A stretch of 61,719 nt of DNA, filler included, from Anaerolineae bacterium (GCA_029262755.1; 4 parts of 4 records of this genome joined end to end with filler, not necessarily neighbours in it), one strand, 5' to 3'. Numbered from the whole stretch's first letter, positions 50,052-60,313 are shown. Notes: generated from the letters alone by a model not told the origin. Made by a program: numbers and translations.

Positions 50052-50463
50052 GGTGCCAGGTCATGCTGACAAAGGGCTGCTTGCTGTCGTACTCGGTCTC
50101 CAGGAATAGGATCATCTCCGGCGGAAAGTCGTCGAACGAGTAGTCGAAGGTGAAGGACATATTCACCTCCTCCACGTTGTCGTCGATCGTCTCGCGCGAC
50201 TTCGTGCCGTCCCCATCCTTACTCGAGAGCACGATGGTCTCCGGCTTGTCGTCCCTCGAAAGCCAGTTCTGCCAGACGGGCGCTGCGTTCTTCGGATTAC
50301 CGGTCACATCTTGGTTGCCGCGCCAGTAGTCGATCGCCTCCGGGTACGGAATCGTGACCACCGTGTAGACCGACAACACGGCCAGACCCGCGATGATCAC
50401 GAGCCCAACCACCGCGGACGGGTACCTGCGCAGTTGCTTGAATCGCGCCATAAACTGCGTCAT
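50052..50463 (-). CDS. Oligopeptide ABC permease (OppC-like), N-terminal part
   Basis: RRYPSAVVGLVII TM; NPKNAAPVW; ATGA-coupled to the OppB-like gene. Confidence 0.75.
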
Positions 50464-51620
50464 CGGCCCGTGCCTCCCTTGCCGACCCGCACCCGTGGAT
50501 CGACGAGCGCATAGAGAAAGTCCAGCATAAACACCGTGAGGCCCAGCAGGTACGCGTAGACCACGGTCACCGCGACGATGACGGGCGTATCGAACAAGCC
50601 GATCGCGCGGAAGTACAGCTGGCCGAGCCCCGGCCAGTTGAAGACCGTCTCCAGGATGATCGCGCCGGTCCAGAGCGAGATGATCATCAACGCAAAGCTG
50701 GTGATGATGTTCGGAAGCGTCGGGCGCAGCACGTAGCGGCGCTCGATCATGGAATCGGGCAGCCCCTTGGCCTTCGCCAGCTCGACATAGTCCTCGCTGG
50801 AGAAGATCAGGAAGAAGGTCCGCCAGTTGTAGATGCTGAGGAAGATCGCACCGATGAGCGTCGCCATCACGGGCAGGATCATGTGCTTCATGACGCTGAG
50901 CGCATAGGCGCTCGTGCTCTTGGGTGGTGGCGATTCAACCATCCCGCCGAAGGGTAGCCACTGCAGCAGGCCGGCGAAGATCAAGATCAGGAACAAGCCG
51001 AAGAACCATCCCGGCGCCGCCGAGGTCGGCGCGAGCGCCATGACCAGCTTGTCCCAGAAACTGCCGTAGCGGCGCGATAAGCGCAGCGCCGCAAAGATCG
51101 CTAAGAAAAATAGAAGTAGGTTCGAGGTACCGAAGAGCACCAGCGTGGATGGCAGCCGTTCCGTGATGACGTTGCGCACCTGTTTGGAGCCGCTATCGCT
51201 GGTGAGCTGTTCCGCGAAGCCGAGATTCAAGGTCAGGGCGTTGCGCAGATAGGTGAAGCTACGAATGAGGAAGGGCTGGTCCAAGCCCACACGCTTCTCG
51301 CCGCGTGCGACTTCGCCCGCAATGAACTTATCGCGTTCTTCCGCGCTCAGGCGCTGCATCGACGGATCCGCCTGCATCCGCAGATCGACCCCCTCGCGAA
51401 TCTGAGCTCGCCGGATCTCATCAACGTAGCCGCCCATATTGGCGATCAAGATCGTGAGATACACGCCGATCACGACGGTGAAGAAGAGGGCCACGAGCCG
51501 CAGGCCCGTGAAGCGCAACAAGCGTAGGTAGGCGTCGCGCGTGGCCTTCTTGGCCGAAGTTTCCACGGCGCCTATGTCGATCAAGGCTCCGTCCTTCAGG
51601 GTTGCCGCGTCCTGAGCCAC
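50460..51620 (-). CDS. Oligopeptide ABC permease (OppB-like)
   Basis: GLDQP, ERLPSTL, EDYVELAKAKGL, ETVFNWPGLG, LYALVDPRVR. Confidence 0.92.
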   Translation of the reverse strand: MAQDAATLKDGALIDIGAVETSAKKATRDAYLRLLRFTGLRLVALFFTVVIGVYLTILIANMGGYVDEIRRAQIREGVDLRMQADPSMQRLSAEERDKFIAGEVARGEKRVGLDQPFLIRSFTYLRNALTLNLGFAEQLTSDSGSKQVRNVITERLPSTLVLFGTSNLLLFFLAIFAALRLSRRYGSFWDKLVMALAPTSAAPGWFFGLFLILIFAGLLQWLPFGGMVESPPPKSTSAYALSVMKHMILPVMATLIGAIFLSIYNWRTFFLIFSSEDYVELAKAKGLPDSMIERRYVLRPTLPNIITSFALMIISLWTGAIILETVFNWPGLGQLYFRAIGLFDTPVIVAVTVVYAYLLGLTVFMLDFLYALVDPRVRVGKGGTGR

Positions 51621-51733
51621 GATGCGCTCCTTCCAGTGCGACCGGTCGTGCTGGTTGAGGTGGAATTGAGTTGAACGGTGGGAATAGCTTGGGGCGGAAC
51701 GGGTACCGGCGCATGATGCGCACGGACCCGTGG

Positions 51734-51773
51734 GAAGGACCGGCGCGCCCCGCGGAGGGGCGCGCCGGCCTTC
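51734..51773 (-). terminator. GC-rich hairpin after the binding-protein gene (mRNA stabiliser/attenuator)
   Basis: GAAGG-A-CCGGCGCGCCCC-GCGGA-GGGGCGCGCCGG-CCTTC; no clear U-tract. Confidence 0.55.
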
Positions 51774-51785
51774 GCTATGCGGCTG

Positions 51786-54392
51786 CTACGGGGTGGTGAC
51801 GAAGTCCATCGAACCCAGGCTGGGCAGCGCGACGAGGTTGGAAACAACAACCACCTCGAGCCGGTTGGAACCGGCCTCAAGCTGACCCGTGACGTCGCTA
51901 TCGAGCGTGACCTGCCACGCTCCGTCGTTGACGCCTTCCGCTTCTCCTGAGCTGATCATGTCCCCGTTCGCGTCGAACACGAGGTACTTGACCTGCTGAA
52001 CGTCGTCCATCGCGTACGCGTCGCCATCGAAGCTCACGTCGATGTCGAACACGGCTTCCTCGCCGGCGGTGACACGGCCGGGACCGTCCACCTCAACAAC
52101 GGCGATGGCGGGAGCGGAGAACCGAGCCCACTTGTCGGACGCATCCGGGAAGTTCGGGTTGCGGTTGAGCACCACGTTGCCCTCAACCGGGAATGCTTCT
52201 TCCAGGAAGAACGGACCCGAGCCGACCCAGAAGTGGCCCTTCTCTTCGTTCCAGGCGGCCAGGTTGGTGTAGCGTGCTTCGGCCTCGCCGTCTGCAATGA
52301 AGGCGCTGAGTGTCGGCGAGTAGGGGACCGTCCCCGCTGCGGCCGACTCGGCGAGCACGTTGTCCATGATCTCCAGCGTCGGACCGGCGATGTAGTTCAG
52401 CTGCTCGATCTCGAGCGTCGTCGCCTTGTCGGCCGAGAAGGCAGCCTGGCCGGCCGTTTCCGCGCCGATGCCGATGGCGACCGTGTGCCACGGCGCCTCG
52501 CCGTAGCCGTACTGCGGCCACGCCGCGCGCAGGCTCGTCACGGCGTTCTCCGCGTCGAGCGACCAGTTGTCCGTGTAGAACTCGATCGTGAACGGATCCT
52601 GCGACGTGATGCGGAAGCCCTTGAACGTCGACATGAAGGAGTCGAGTGCGGGCACCTGCGCCTCGTCGTAGACGGCGCTGGCTTCCTTGGCCACGTCGAA
52701 GTTCATGATCAAGCTCATGACCATGTCGGCGGCCGAGAAGGCGCTGCCGTCATGCCACGTCACGGTATCGAAGAGGTCGTCCGGATAGGTGGTGGTCACC
52801 TTCATCAACGCGGTGGCCGTCTCCGTGTAGAAGTCGGATGCGTTGATGAACGTCTGCGACTCCGCGTCCCAGTCCGCCCACGCGTCGTCCGGCACGACGA
52901 TCTCCGCCGCCGTGTCGAGACCGATCCAGTCGAGCGTCTTGCCGACCGGAAGGTCCTCTTGCGCCAACACGTCCACCGAGGCCACGCGCTGCGGCCACTG
53001 CAGGCCCGTGTTGGGGTCCGCCATGACGGGCCAGTTACCCGTCGCGCGATACAGCGTGGAGTCGTAGATCCAGTTCGTACCGGCGATCGGGTTCCACGGC
53101 TCGGTCAGGATCGAAGCGCTCGCCCACGTCAGCGAGCCGCCCTCTTCACCGATCGTGCGCAGGGTGTACGGCCACAAGGTCGTACCGTAGATGCTGCCCG
53201 AAAGGTCGGCCGAAACCGACACGTCGTCTCGCAGGGGCGCGACCGAACTGCGGTCGAGCAGCCAAACGCGTGCCGAATCTTCGAGCGCCATCGGCAACGC
53301 CTCGGCGAACAACTCCGCCCGCTCCTCGAGCGAAGAGTAATCGCTGTCGTTCAGGCGCTGCGACACCGCGGCGAACTCCTCGGTGGGCGTGTATGCCTGC
53401 CACAGCGGCCGGGGAAGGCCGGAGGGCGTATAGAAGAAGTTGAAGTTGGTGCTGGCATCGCGGTTGATCGCCGTCGACACCCAGCCACCGGTGTAGTAGT
53501 TGAAGAGGCACTCGCTCGGCTCGGACTGCTGCCAGATCGGCGCAGCCTCGGCCGACGTCTTGTAGTCCGGGCGCACCGTGAAGCCGATCTGCTGCAGCTG
53601 GTTGGCGAAGTAATCACCGATCTGCTGCCGCTCGTCCTCGACACGGATGATGCCGATGATCTCGACCGGCTCGCCGTTGTACATCCACGCGCCGTCGACG
53701 CGCTCGGCACCGAGCGCCTCCATCTCCTCCGTGACAACCTCGTCCGCACGTTCCATATCGTGGCCGTACTTGGCCTCGATCGCGCGAATCTCCGCGGCGA
53801 GCGCGCCGCGGTCCGCCGACGCACCGTTGATCGGCACGAAGCGCGGGGTACCCAGACCACCCATGATCTCCGCGATGATGTACTCGCGGTCGACCAGCCA
53901 GTTCATGGCTTCACGGATACGCGGCACGGCAAAGGGGTTGATCTTGCCTTCGTCCGCGCACTGTCCCGGGTTGAAGGTCAGCTCCGTGTAGGAGCCATAG
54001 GACGTCTTGTAGTCAATGCCGGCGGTATCGAGGATCTTGGCGTAGGTCTGCGGCGACGAGATCGTGAAGGCGTAGACGTCGATGTCGCCCGCCTCCAGCC
54101 GCGTCACGGCCTTGTCCGCATCCGGCTCCTCGACGACGACCAGCTCGTCGATCCATGCACCGGTCCGATCCGTGGTCGGCTCGTCCGGCTCCGTGTTTGC
54201 ATCCGCGTCTGCATCCGCATCCGCATCGGCATCGGCGTCGGCATCCGCGTCGACATCGACGTCCGGATCCACCGCACCTTCATCGCCCACGGGGGGCGTG
54301 TCCACATCGGGCGTGTCACCTCGGTCGCACGCGACCACCGAGACACTCAGCATCAGCATCATCATGAGCACCAGCAGCTTATTCATTCTCAT
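51786..54392 (-). CDS. Large acidic oligopeptide-binding lipoprotein (family 5) with C-terminal Ig-like domain
   Basis: Lipobox VVAC; (DA)n linker; NPFAVPRIREAMNWLVDR; TWHDG; GSGPFFL. Confidence 0.9.
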   Translation of the reverse strand: MRMNKLLVLMMMLMLSVSVVACDRGDTPDVDTPPVGDEGAVDPDVDVDADADADADADADADADANTEPDEPTTDRTGAWIDELVVVEEPDADKAVTRLEAGDIDVYAFTISSPQTYAKILDTAGIDYKTSYGSYTELTFNPGQCADEGKINPFAVPRIREAMNWLVDREYIIAEIMGGLGTPRFVPINGASADRGALAAEIRAIEAKYGHDMERADEVVTEEMEALGAERVDGAWMYNGEPVEIIGIIRVEDERQQIGDYFANQLQQIGFTVRPDYKTSAEAAPIWQQSEPSECLFNYYTGGWVSTAINRDASTNFNFFYTPSGLPRPLWQAYTPTEEFAAVSQRLNDSDYSSLEERAELFAEALPMALEDSARVWLLDRSSVAPLRDDVSVSADLSGSIYGTTLWPYTLRTIGEEGGSLTWASASILTEPWNPIAGTNWIYDSTLYRATGNWPVMADPNTGLQWPQRVASVDVLAQEDLPVGKTLDWIGLDTAAEIVVPDDAWADWDAESQTFINASDFYTETATALMKVTTTYPDDLFDTVTWHDGSAFSAADMVMSLIMNFDVAKEASAVYDEAQVPALDSFMSTFKGFRITSQDPFTIEFYTDNWSLDAENAVTSLRAAWPQYGYGEAPWHTVAIGIGAETAGQAAFSADKATTLEIEQLNYIAGPTLEIMDNVLAESAAAGTVPYSPTLSAFIADGEAEARYTNLAAWNEEKGHFWVGSGPFFLEEAFPVEGNVVLNRNPNFPDASDKWARFSAPAIAVVEVDGPGRVTAGEEAVFDIDVSFDGDAYAMDDVQQVKYLVFDANGDMISSGEAEGVNDGAWQVTLDSDVTGQLEAGSNRLEVVVVSNLVALPSLGSMDFVTTP

Positions 54393-54755
54393 TCCTTTCT
54401 CTCTCCTCCCATCGTTCCGCCGCCGCGGAATCGGGCACCGAATGTTCTGTCCCTACGGGCATACAGCATGCTGCAACCAGGGGACGATATCGTGAGCCGC
54501 GACTTCGGGCCAATCGGCCGTCTCCACGGGGGGGGTCACGGCCACGACGTCGGTGCGAACATTGTGGGTTTCCCTCGTGTGAGAACAGGACGGGTTCGGG
54601 CGGATTTCGGTTCAATCGCCATCACCGCTGGACAGCAATACGCGCCGGAGCTACGCCGCCACCTCATTTGGCCGCAACCAATCCATACCCTGGTGCGTCG
54701 TCCCCTATGTATGGGAGCGAAAACCCCTGCTCCCCTTGGAACTTGGAGGATAGCG

Positions 54756-54968
54756 ATGCACGAGATGATGCCGATCACCGCGCTGCGACAGACCGATTCC
54801 CGCGCACCCGTGCGCCGAGAGTTTGGCCTGCCCGCCCTTTTGATCTTGCTTGGCATGCTCTTGGCGTATAGCGGCGGTCTGGTCCGCGCCCACGGTGAGG
54901 CCCCCGGCACCTATACGCCGGTTTCGAGCCACGTCACGACAGCCGCACCGGGCGGACTCACGCACTAA
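54756..54968 (+). CDS. Small (70 aa) membrane/secreted protein
   Basis: GGAGG RBS before ATG 54756; hydrophobic FGLPALLILLGMLLAYSGGLVRA; hidden at the end of the antisense 52233-54968 ORF. Confidence 0.5.
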   Translation: MHEMMPITALRQTDSRAPVRREFGLPALLILLGMLLAYSGGLVRAHGEAPGTYTPVSSHVTTAAPGGLTH

Positions 54969-55037
54969 GCGCGGGCTGATTCCGCTCGCGCTGATCGACG
55001 CGTGAGGGCTGCCCGCCCGCGAGCGAGCGAGTTGCCC

Positions 55038-55526
55038 CTACGGCACCTGGTCGTCCGTGCCCGCGAGCTGTCGCAGGATCTCCATCTGCCCGACGTGATA
55101 GGTCTCGTGCCACGCGAGGCCCGCCAGCTGTTCGGCAAGGCTGCGCCCGCGCTCCTCGTCCACGATCGACGCCAGTTGCTCGTCGCTCGCCGCAGCGAGT
55201 GCGTCCTCGAGCGCTTGCTGCGCCGCATCCCAGTCCGCGCGCAGCTGCGTGAAGCTGCGCACACCGTCTTGATCGGCCGCCGTGATCGGCGCGCTGCCCG
55301 TGGCGTAGGGCTCTCGCTCCCCTTCGGACCACGGGTGCTCCGCGCCGAGCAGCCCGAGCATGTAGCCGCGGTGGTGGACGAGGTGGCCGACCGTCCAGTT
55401 CAGGCAGTTTCCCCGGAAGGGCAGCTGCAACAGGCTGTCCTCGTCGCTGAGGTCCTTCCACAACATTCCCGTGAGGAAGTTGTTGCTACGCAGGGTGTTT
55501 GTGATCTGCCGGCCGTCGATAGGCAT
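55038..55526 (-). CDS. DinB/YfiT family protein
   Basis: NCLNWTVGHL, WHETYHVGQ; GGAGG RBS. Confidence 0.88.
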   Translation of the reverse strand: MPIDGRQITNTLRSNNFLTGMLWKDLSDEDSLLQLPFRGNCLNWTVGHLVHHRGYMLGLLGAEHPWSEGEREPYATGSAPITAADQDGVRSFTQLRADWDAAQQALEDALAAASDEQLASIVDEERGRSLAEQLAGLAWHETYHVGQMEILRQLAGTDDQVP

Positions 55527-55649
55527 GTTCGCCGCGCCTCCCCGGGATCCGAATCGCAGTGGGTCCCGAGTTATGACGCGCCGGCAGCGCTGCGGCAAGC
55601 GATCGCGAAGCGAACGACCACCGTGGTCAGGCGCGTACGACCACCGTGC

Positions 55650-57185
55650 TCAGCGAGCCGCGAACCCGTCCTCGTCGCGCCGGATCGCGAACTCGGTAGC
55701 CTCCGCGGAGAGCAGCACACCCGGCACGCCCGCGCCCGGATGCGTGCTCGCCCCCACGAAGTAGAGCCCGCGCACGTCTTCGCTGGCATTGTGCGGCCGG
55801 AACCACGCCGTCTGGCTCAGCTTGGGCTCGATGCCGAAGGCATTGCCGACGTAGGCGTTTAGCCGCCCTCGGAAATCGTCCGGCGTAAAGACTTCCACGA
55901 CATCGAGGTTGGCGCGCAGGTCCTCGAGCCCCCAGCCCTCTAGGAAGTCGATGATGCGATCGGTGAAGGGCTCCTTCATCGCCGACCAGTCGATGTCCGC
56001 GCGCAGGTTCGGCACGGGCACCAGCACGTACATGCTCTCGCCGCCCGGCGGCGCCATGCCGGGATCGGTCCGCGTGGGTGCATGGAGGTACAGGCTGAAG
56101 TCGTCGGCCAGGATCTTCGCATCGAAGATGTCGGCCAGCAGCGCCTTGTAGCGCTTGGACAGGATCAGCGTGTGGTGCAGCAGCTTCGGATACTGCCGGC
56201 GGCTACCGAGATAGAGTAGGAAGCAGCTCATCGTGTAGTCGAGCGCCTCTACCTTGCGGTCGGTCCACTTGCTGCGGTGCTGCGGCGCGATCAGCTCGGC
56301 GTAGGTGTGCCCCACGTCGCCGTTGCTGACCACAATATCGGCAGGGACGAACACGTCGTCTACCCGAACGCCGATCGCGGCACCGTCCTCGACCACGATC
56401 TCCTGCACCTCGGATTCGGTGCGGATCTCGCCTCCGATGTCCTCCAAGAGCGTCGCGAAGGCGCACACGAGGCCGTACATCCCGCCCTTTGTGAACCACA
56501 CGCCGCCCTCGCGCTCAAGGTAGGGGATCGAGAGATAGACCGAAGGAGCTCGGAAGGGGTTGCCGCCGATGAACAGCGGGTGGAAGCTGAACATGAAGTG
56601 GTGGCGGAAGTCGCGGAAGAACAGGCGCACGAATGTCGCCACGGGCAGGATGGCGCCCGTGCGGATCATGCGCGGCAGGAAGGCCGCCATGCTGCGCAGC
56701 GTGTCGAAGGGCTTGCCGCCCAGTCCGTCGCGGATCACCGCGTCGTAAATCGGGCGGATCGCGCGCATGAAGGCATCGTAGCGGCCCGCGTCGCGTGGAT
56801 CGAAGCGCGCCATCTGCGCCTTCATCGCGGCGGCGTCGCCGCTGTAGTCGATGTGGCTGCCATCGTGAAAATAGATGCGGTAGAAGGGGTTGAGCGGCAC
56901 GAACGAGAGGTAGTCCTCGCGCTGCTTGCCGGCGACCGCAAACACCGCGTCGATGATCTCCGGTGCCGTAATCAGGCTTGGCCCCATATCGAAGGTGTAG
57001 CCGCCACGTTCCAGCTGGTAGGCGCGGCCGCCGACCCGTTTACGCTTTTCGAGGATCGTCGTCTGATAGCCCATGGCCTGCAGGCGAACCGCAGCGGCGA
57101 GCCCGCCGAAGCCACTGCCGATGACGACCGCTCGACGCATGTGTGTCGGCATAGGCGGAGCCGTTTGTGCTTCGATAGTGGCCAC
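55650..57185 (-). CDS. crtI: Phytoene desaturase
   Basis: VIGSGFGGL, GYTFDMGPSLIT, FIGGNPF, SLYLHAPT.TDP..AP, FRPHN, STHPGAGVPGVL. Confidence 0.93.
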   Translation of the reverse strand: MATIEAQTAPPMPTHMRRAVVIGSGFGGLAAAVRLQAMGYQTTILEKRKRVGGRAYQLERGGYTFDMGPSLITAPEIIDAVFAVAGKQREDYLSFVPLNPFYRIYFHDGSHIDYSGDAAAMKAQMARFDPRDAGRYDAFMRAIRPIYDAVIRDGLGGKPFDTLRSMAAFLPRMIRTGAILPVATFVRLFFRDFRHHFMFSFHPLFIGGNPFRAPSVYLSIPYLEREGGVWFTKGGMYGLVCAFATLLEDIGGEIRTESEVQEIVVEDGAAIGVRVDDVFVPADIVVSNGDVGHTYAELIAPQHRSKWTDRKVEALDYTMSCFLLYLGSRRQYPKLLHHTLILSKRYKALLADIFDAKILADDFSLYLHAPTRTDPGMAPPGGESMYVLVPVPNLRADIDWSAMKEPFTDRIIDFLEGWGLEDLRANLDVVEVFTPDDFRGRLNAYVGNAFGIEPKLSQTAWFRPHNASEDVRGLYFVGASTHPGAGVPGVLLSAEATEFAIRRDEDGFAAR

Positions 57186-57193
57186 TCCCTCGC

Positions 57194-58420
57194 TTACCGA
57201 GCGGCGGGATCGGACGAATCCGGACCGCCCAAGGGGTGCGTGACGAGGGGCCGCAACGCGTGCCGGCCGGGCCGCATCGACCTGATGGCGAGAGAGGTCA
57301 GCCCCCGCGCCGCAAGGACCGGCTTGCGCGCGGTGCTCGTTGCAGCGCGCAGGCGTAGATTGTCGTGGTCGTTGCGCCGAATCTCGCCGAGAATGCCACG
57401 GTAGACGGCGGACGCGGCGGCCATGGGGCGAGCAAAGTAGGTGGGCAGCTCAGGCAGCGCCTCATCGGCCAGTTCGTAACAACGCTCCGCCCGGTCCATG
57501 AGATCTTCGAGCATCGACCGATACGCGGGCGAAATCGGTGCTCCGGCGGCCATCGCTTCGAGATCGGCGCGCTCGACCCGGAAGCGTTCCATGTGCGTGC
57601 GCGGCAGATAGACGCGGTTCATGGCGAGATCTTCTCCGACATCGCGCAGGATGTTGGTCAGCTGCAGGGCAACGCCCATGACCTCCGCCCGCTCGATCAA
57701 GGCCGGGTCGTCGATGCCGAACATGCGGGTGATCCACACGCCCACGACCGAGGCTACCCGGTAACAATACGCCAAGAGCTCCTCGGTATCCTCCATCACT
57801 ACGGGACCGATGTCACTCGCCACGCCATCGAGCAGCGATTCAATCAACGAAAAGGGCACGCCACGTTTCGCCGTGCGGCTCATGATCTCGTTGAGGAACT
57901 CGTAGGGTGTCGGCTCACCACGGTAGGCCTGCTCGGAGAGTGCGCGCCAGCGGGCGAGGTCGGATTTGGCGGTGTCCACATCGCCCACCACCATCCGCTT
58001 GTCGACCAAATCGTCCGACAACCGACAATAGGCGTAGATCAGCGTGATCACCCGCCGCTGTTCGGCGGGAAAGAGCCGGGCGGCGTAGGAGAACGAGCGG
58101 GAGTGCTGCGCAAAGAACGCGTTGGGTGCGTGGGACACGAGCGTGGCCGTGCGGTCCATCAACCGTAGCGTTGCCACGGCGTGCGGCCGCGGATCGGCGG
58201 ATTCACCCCACGCCTTCCGGCGGCGCTTGCGGCCCCGCTCGGCGGCGAAGGGCACGTCCATCGTGGACCCGGACGGTGCCACCAGGGAACGCGGTCGGGG
58301 CGCGATCACGTCATGGTCTGCCTCGGGCGCATGGTCTGCTTCGGCCGCTGCGACCGGCTCGGACTGCTTGACGGATGTTGCCGGCGCAATGGGACGCTCG
58401 GCAATGGACGGCAAGGTCAT
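57194..58420 (-). CDS. crtB: Phytoene synthase with a long N-terminal extension
   Basis: HSRSF, YAYCRLSDDLVD, YCYRVASVVG, LQLTNILRDVGED, RVYLP; ATGA-coupled to the regulator. Confidence 0.93.
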   Translation of the reverse strand: MTLPSIAERPIAPATSVKQSEPVAAAEADHAPEADHDVIAPRPRSLVAPSGSTMDVPFAAERGRKRRRKAWGESADPRPHAVATLRLMDRTATLVSHAPNAFFAQHSRSFSYAARLFPAEQRRVITLIYAYCRLSDDLVDKRMVVGDVDTAKSDLARWRALSEQAYRGEPTPYEFLNEIMSRTAKRGVPFSLIESLLDGVASDIGPVVMEDTEELLAYCYRVASVVGVWITRMFGIDDPALIERAEVMGVALQLTNILRDVGEDLAMNRVYLPRTHMERFRVERADLEAMAAGAPISPAYRSMLEDLMDRAERCYELADEALPELPTYFARPMAAASAVYRGILGEIRRNDHDNLRLRAATSTARKPVLAARGLTSLAIRSMRPGRHALRPLVTHPLGGPDSSDPAAR

Positions 58421-59403
58421 GCTCTCGACCACGGTACGAACTCCTCGAGGCGCGCGAACGCACGTATCGAATCTGGGGCCGCACCGCGGTGCGTCGCGAG
58501 GGACAGTCCCTCGACTTCTTGTTCGATAGGCATGTTCGCGACGTCCCCACCACCCAGCGCAAGCCTATACGGCCGCGTAGGATCTTGGGCGCGGTCCAAC
58601 GCGCGCAGCAGTCGGCCGACATCGGCCACCGATTGCGCGATCGAGAACGAGACACAGACGAGCGAGGCGCCTGTGCGAAGCTGTTGGGCGGCCAACTCGT
58701 CGTACGGCACGTTCGCGCCGAGATAGGTGACCGGTACACCCTCGGCCTCCAAAACGAGCCGCGTCATGAAGGCGCCCATGGCGTGCTCGTTCCCCTCGCT
58801 GGCGGCGACCAGTGCTCGCGGCAGCGACTCGGCGCTGTTCGACGGATGCGGCACGCCCGCCCGTACCGCTTCGAGGCGGATCGAGTGCAGGGCATCGTAG
58901 ATCTGGTGGGTCACCAGGTGCTCGTCGCCGACACCGATCAACCCCGTGTTCCACGCGTCGCCGATTTCGTACGCGAGTACGGCTATGCCGCGATCGAAGA
59001 GGCGATCCATCGGGATGCCGTCTTCGAGCAGCAGGCCAAGCGATTGGGCAAGCAGCGCTCGTTCGGGCATGTCCTGCAGCAGCCATCGTTGCCACAACGC
59101 GATGAGGTCGTCGAATCGATCCCGTTGGATCGCGTCTCGGCTTGCTCGCCAAAGCGCGTCCGCCATTCCCCCGAAAACCTGCCAGGGCATTTCAATGTCA
59201 TGTTCACGCGCAAATCGGATCAGCGCGGACAGTCGGATCCGGCGGTGTCCACCCTCCGTGCGCTCGCATTCGAGCTCACCGGCGTCGCACCATCGTTTGA
59301 TGGTGGAAGCGTGAACATCGCAGAGTTCCGCGGCACGGCGGGATGTCACCCTTACGGGTGATGGGTGTGTCCGGGCGCGCGAGGAGGCGGTTTCGATGGG
59401 CAT
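58417..59403 (-). CDS. CarH/LitR-like B12-dependent photoreceptor repressor
   Basis: N-terminal HTH (AAELCDVHASTIKRW..RTEGGHRRI); W-x9-EH (WNTGLIGVGDEH); NEHAMG; YLGANVP; LGGG; directly upstream of crtB-crtI. Confidence 0.85.
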   Translation of the reverse strand: MPIETASSRARTHPSPVRVTSRRAAELCDVHASTIKRWCDAGELECERTEGGHRRIRLSALIRFAREHDIEMPWQVFGGMADALWRASRDAIQRDRFDDLIALWQRWLLQDMPERALLAQSLGLLLEDGIPMDRLFDRGIAVLAYEIGDAWNTGLIGVGDEHLVTHQIYDALHSIRLEAVRAGVPHPSNSAESLPRALVAASEGNEHAMGAFMTRLVLEAEGVPVTYLGANVPYDELAAQQLRTGASLVCVSFSIAQSVADVGRLLRALDRAQDPTRPYRLALGGGDVANMPIEQEVEGLSLATHRGAAPDSIRAFARLEEFVPWSRA

Positions 59404-59410
59404 GCTGTCG

Positions 59411-59450
59411 ATAGTAACACAGTTTTCGATCAAACACAATGGTTTGATCG
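59411..59450 (-). promoter_or_regulatory. Leaderless promoter TTGTGT-17-(TG)TACTAT with operator palindrome CGATCAAAC-N6-GTTTGATCG
   Basis: -10 at 59411-59416, 7 nt before ATG; -35 at 59434-59439; perfect 9-bp inverted repeat 59427-59450. Confidence 0.65.
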
Positions 59451-59524
59451 TTTTTGTAATCCGTTGCCCAATCTAGATTCTGAATAATCGCTCGCAGTCC
59501 GGCCGTTTGAAAGAATATCGTCGC

Positions 59525-60313
59525 CTACTGCTTGTCATGACGCGTCGCCCAACCCTGCCCTCCCCAGAGCGCGGCCGCGAGCACCACCGGCGCCCACTGC
59601 CCCAACAGCGCGTTGATCAACCCCCAGAAGACCAGGAACGCGCGCAGCGTGTCCCACATCCAGGGTGCTTGGCGTAGCCGGCGCGACCACGCCGCCCGAT
59701 CCGCGCCCCACGACATGACCGCCATCGCGATCCCGCCGCTGAGCATCCAGCCCACGAAGTTCTGCAACGGGACGCCGTAGTAGCGACCTGGCTCGTCCCA
59801 GCCCCAGAAGCCGAGCCCGACCGCGCCGGGATCCAACACGCCGTCGAGCAGCACGAGCGCAAGCACGGCGCGCAGCCATATCGTGATTCGCGAAACGTCC
59901 GGGCGGGCGGACGCAAGTGCCAAGAGCGATGCGTTGAGCACCATCGGCACCCAGAAGAGCGGCAGCGGAAGCGGCACCCGGCCAAAGAGCAGGGGCTCGA
60001 GGCCCAACGCGTACGAGAAGCGCCCGTAGGGCACACCCGTCTCTACCCCGACGCCCTCGATGACGTAGCTGAACAGGGCGACGCTCGCGAGCGCGATGAT
60101 CCCGCGCCGTCCCAGCACAGGCCACAGACCGGCGGCCAGCGGTAGCGCCATCGCCAGGTTGGCGGCCACCAGCAGCAACGGCGACCGCAAGGCCGTCTCC
60201 AACGCCGGCAGCTCTACGTAGCGCTGCACGGCGAAACCGACGGCCCCAACGAACGGCACGAACAGCGCGATCGTCCCCCGATTCCCGGATAGCCACCGCT
60301 CGACGGCGTTCAT
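59525..60313 (-). CDS. cruF: Carotenoid hydratase, CruF/DUF422 family
   Basis: IEGVGVETGVPYGRFSY, VPLPLPLFW, DGVLDPGAV.LGFW.W, YYGVPLQNFVGW. Confidence 0.82.
   Translation of the reverse strand: MNAVERWLSGNRGTIALFVPFVGAVGFAVQRYVELPALETALRSPLLLVAANLAMALPLAAGLWPVLGRRGIIALASVALFSYVIEGVGVETGVPYGRFSYALGLEPLLFGRVPLPLPLFWVPMVLNASLLALASARPDVSRITIWLRAVLALVLLDGVLDPGAVGLGFWGWDEPGRYYGVPLQNFVGWMLSGGIAMAVMSWGADRAAWSRRLRQAPWMWDTLRAFLVFWGLINALLGQWAPVVLAAALWGGQGWATRHDKQ

Noticed and set aside
52233..54755. 911-aa + strand ORF, and similar long ORFs at 20583-22598, 29376-31370, 13125-14648 and 25439-26917
   Set aside because: Antisense shadows of well-supported genes in high-GC DNA; only the last 70 codons of the 911-aa ORF look real
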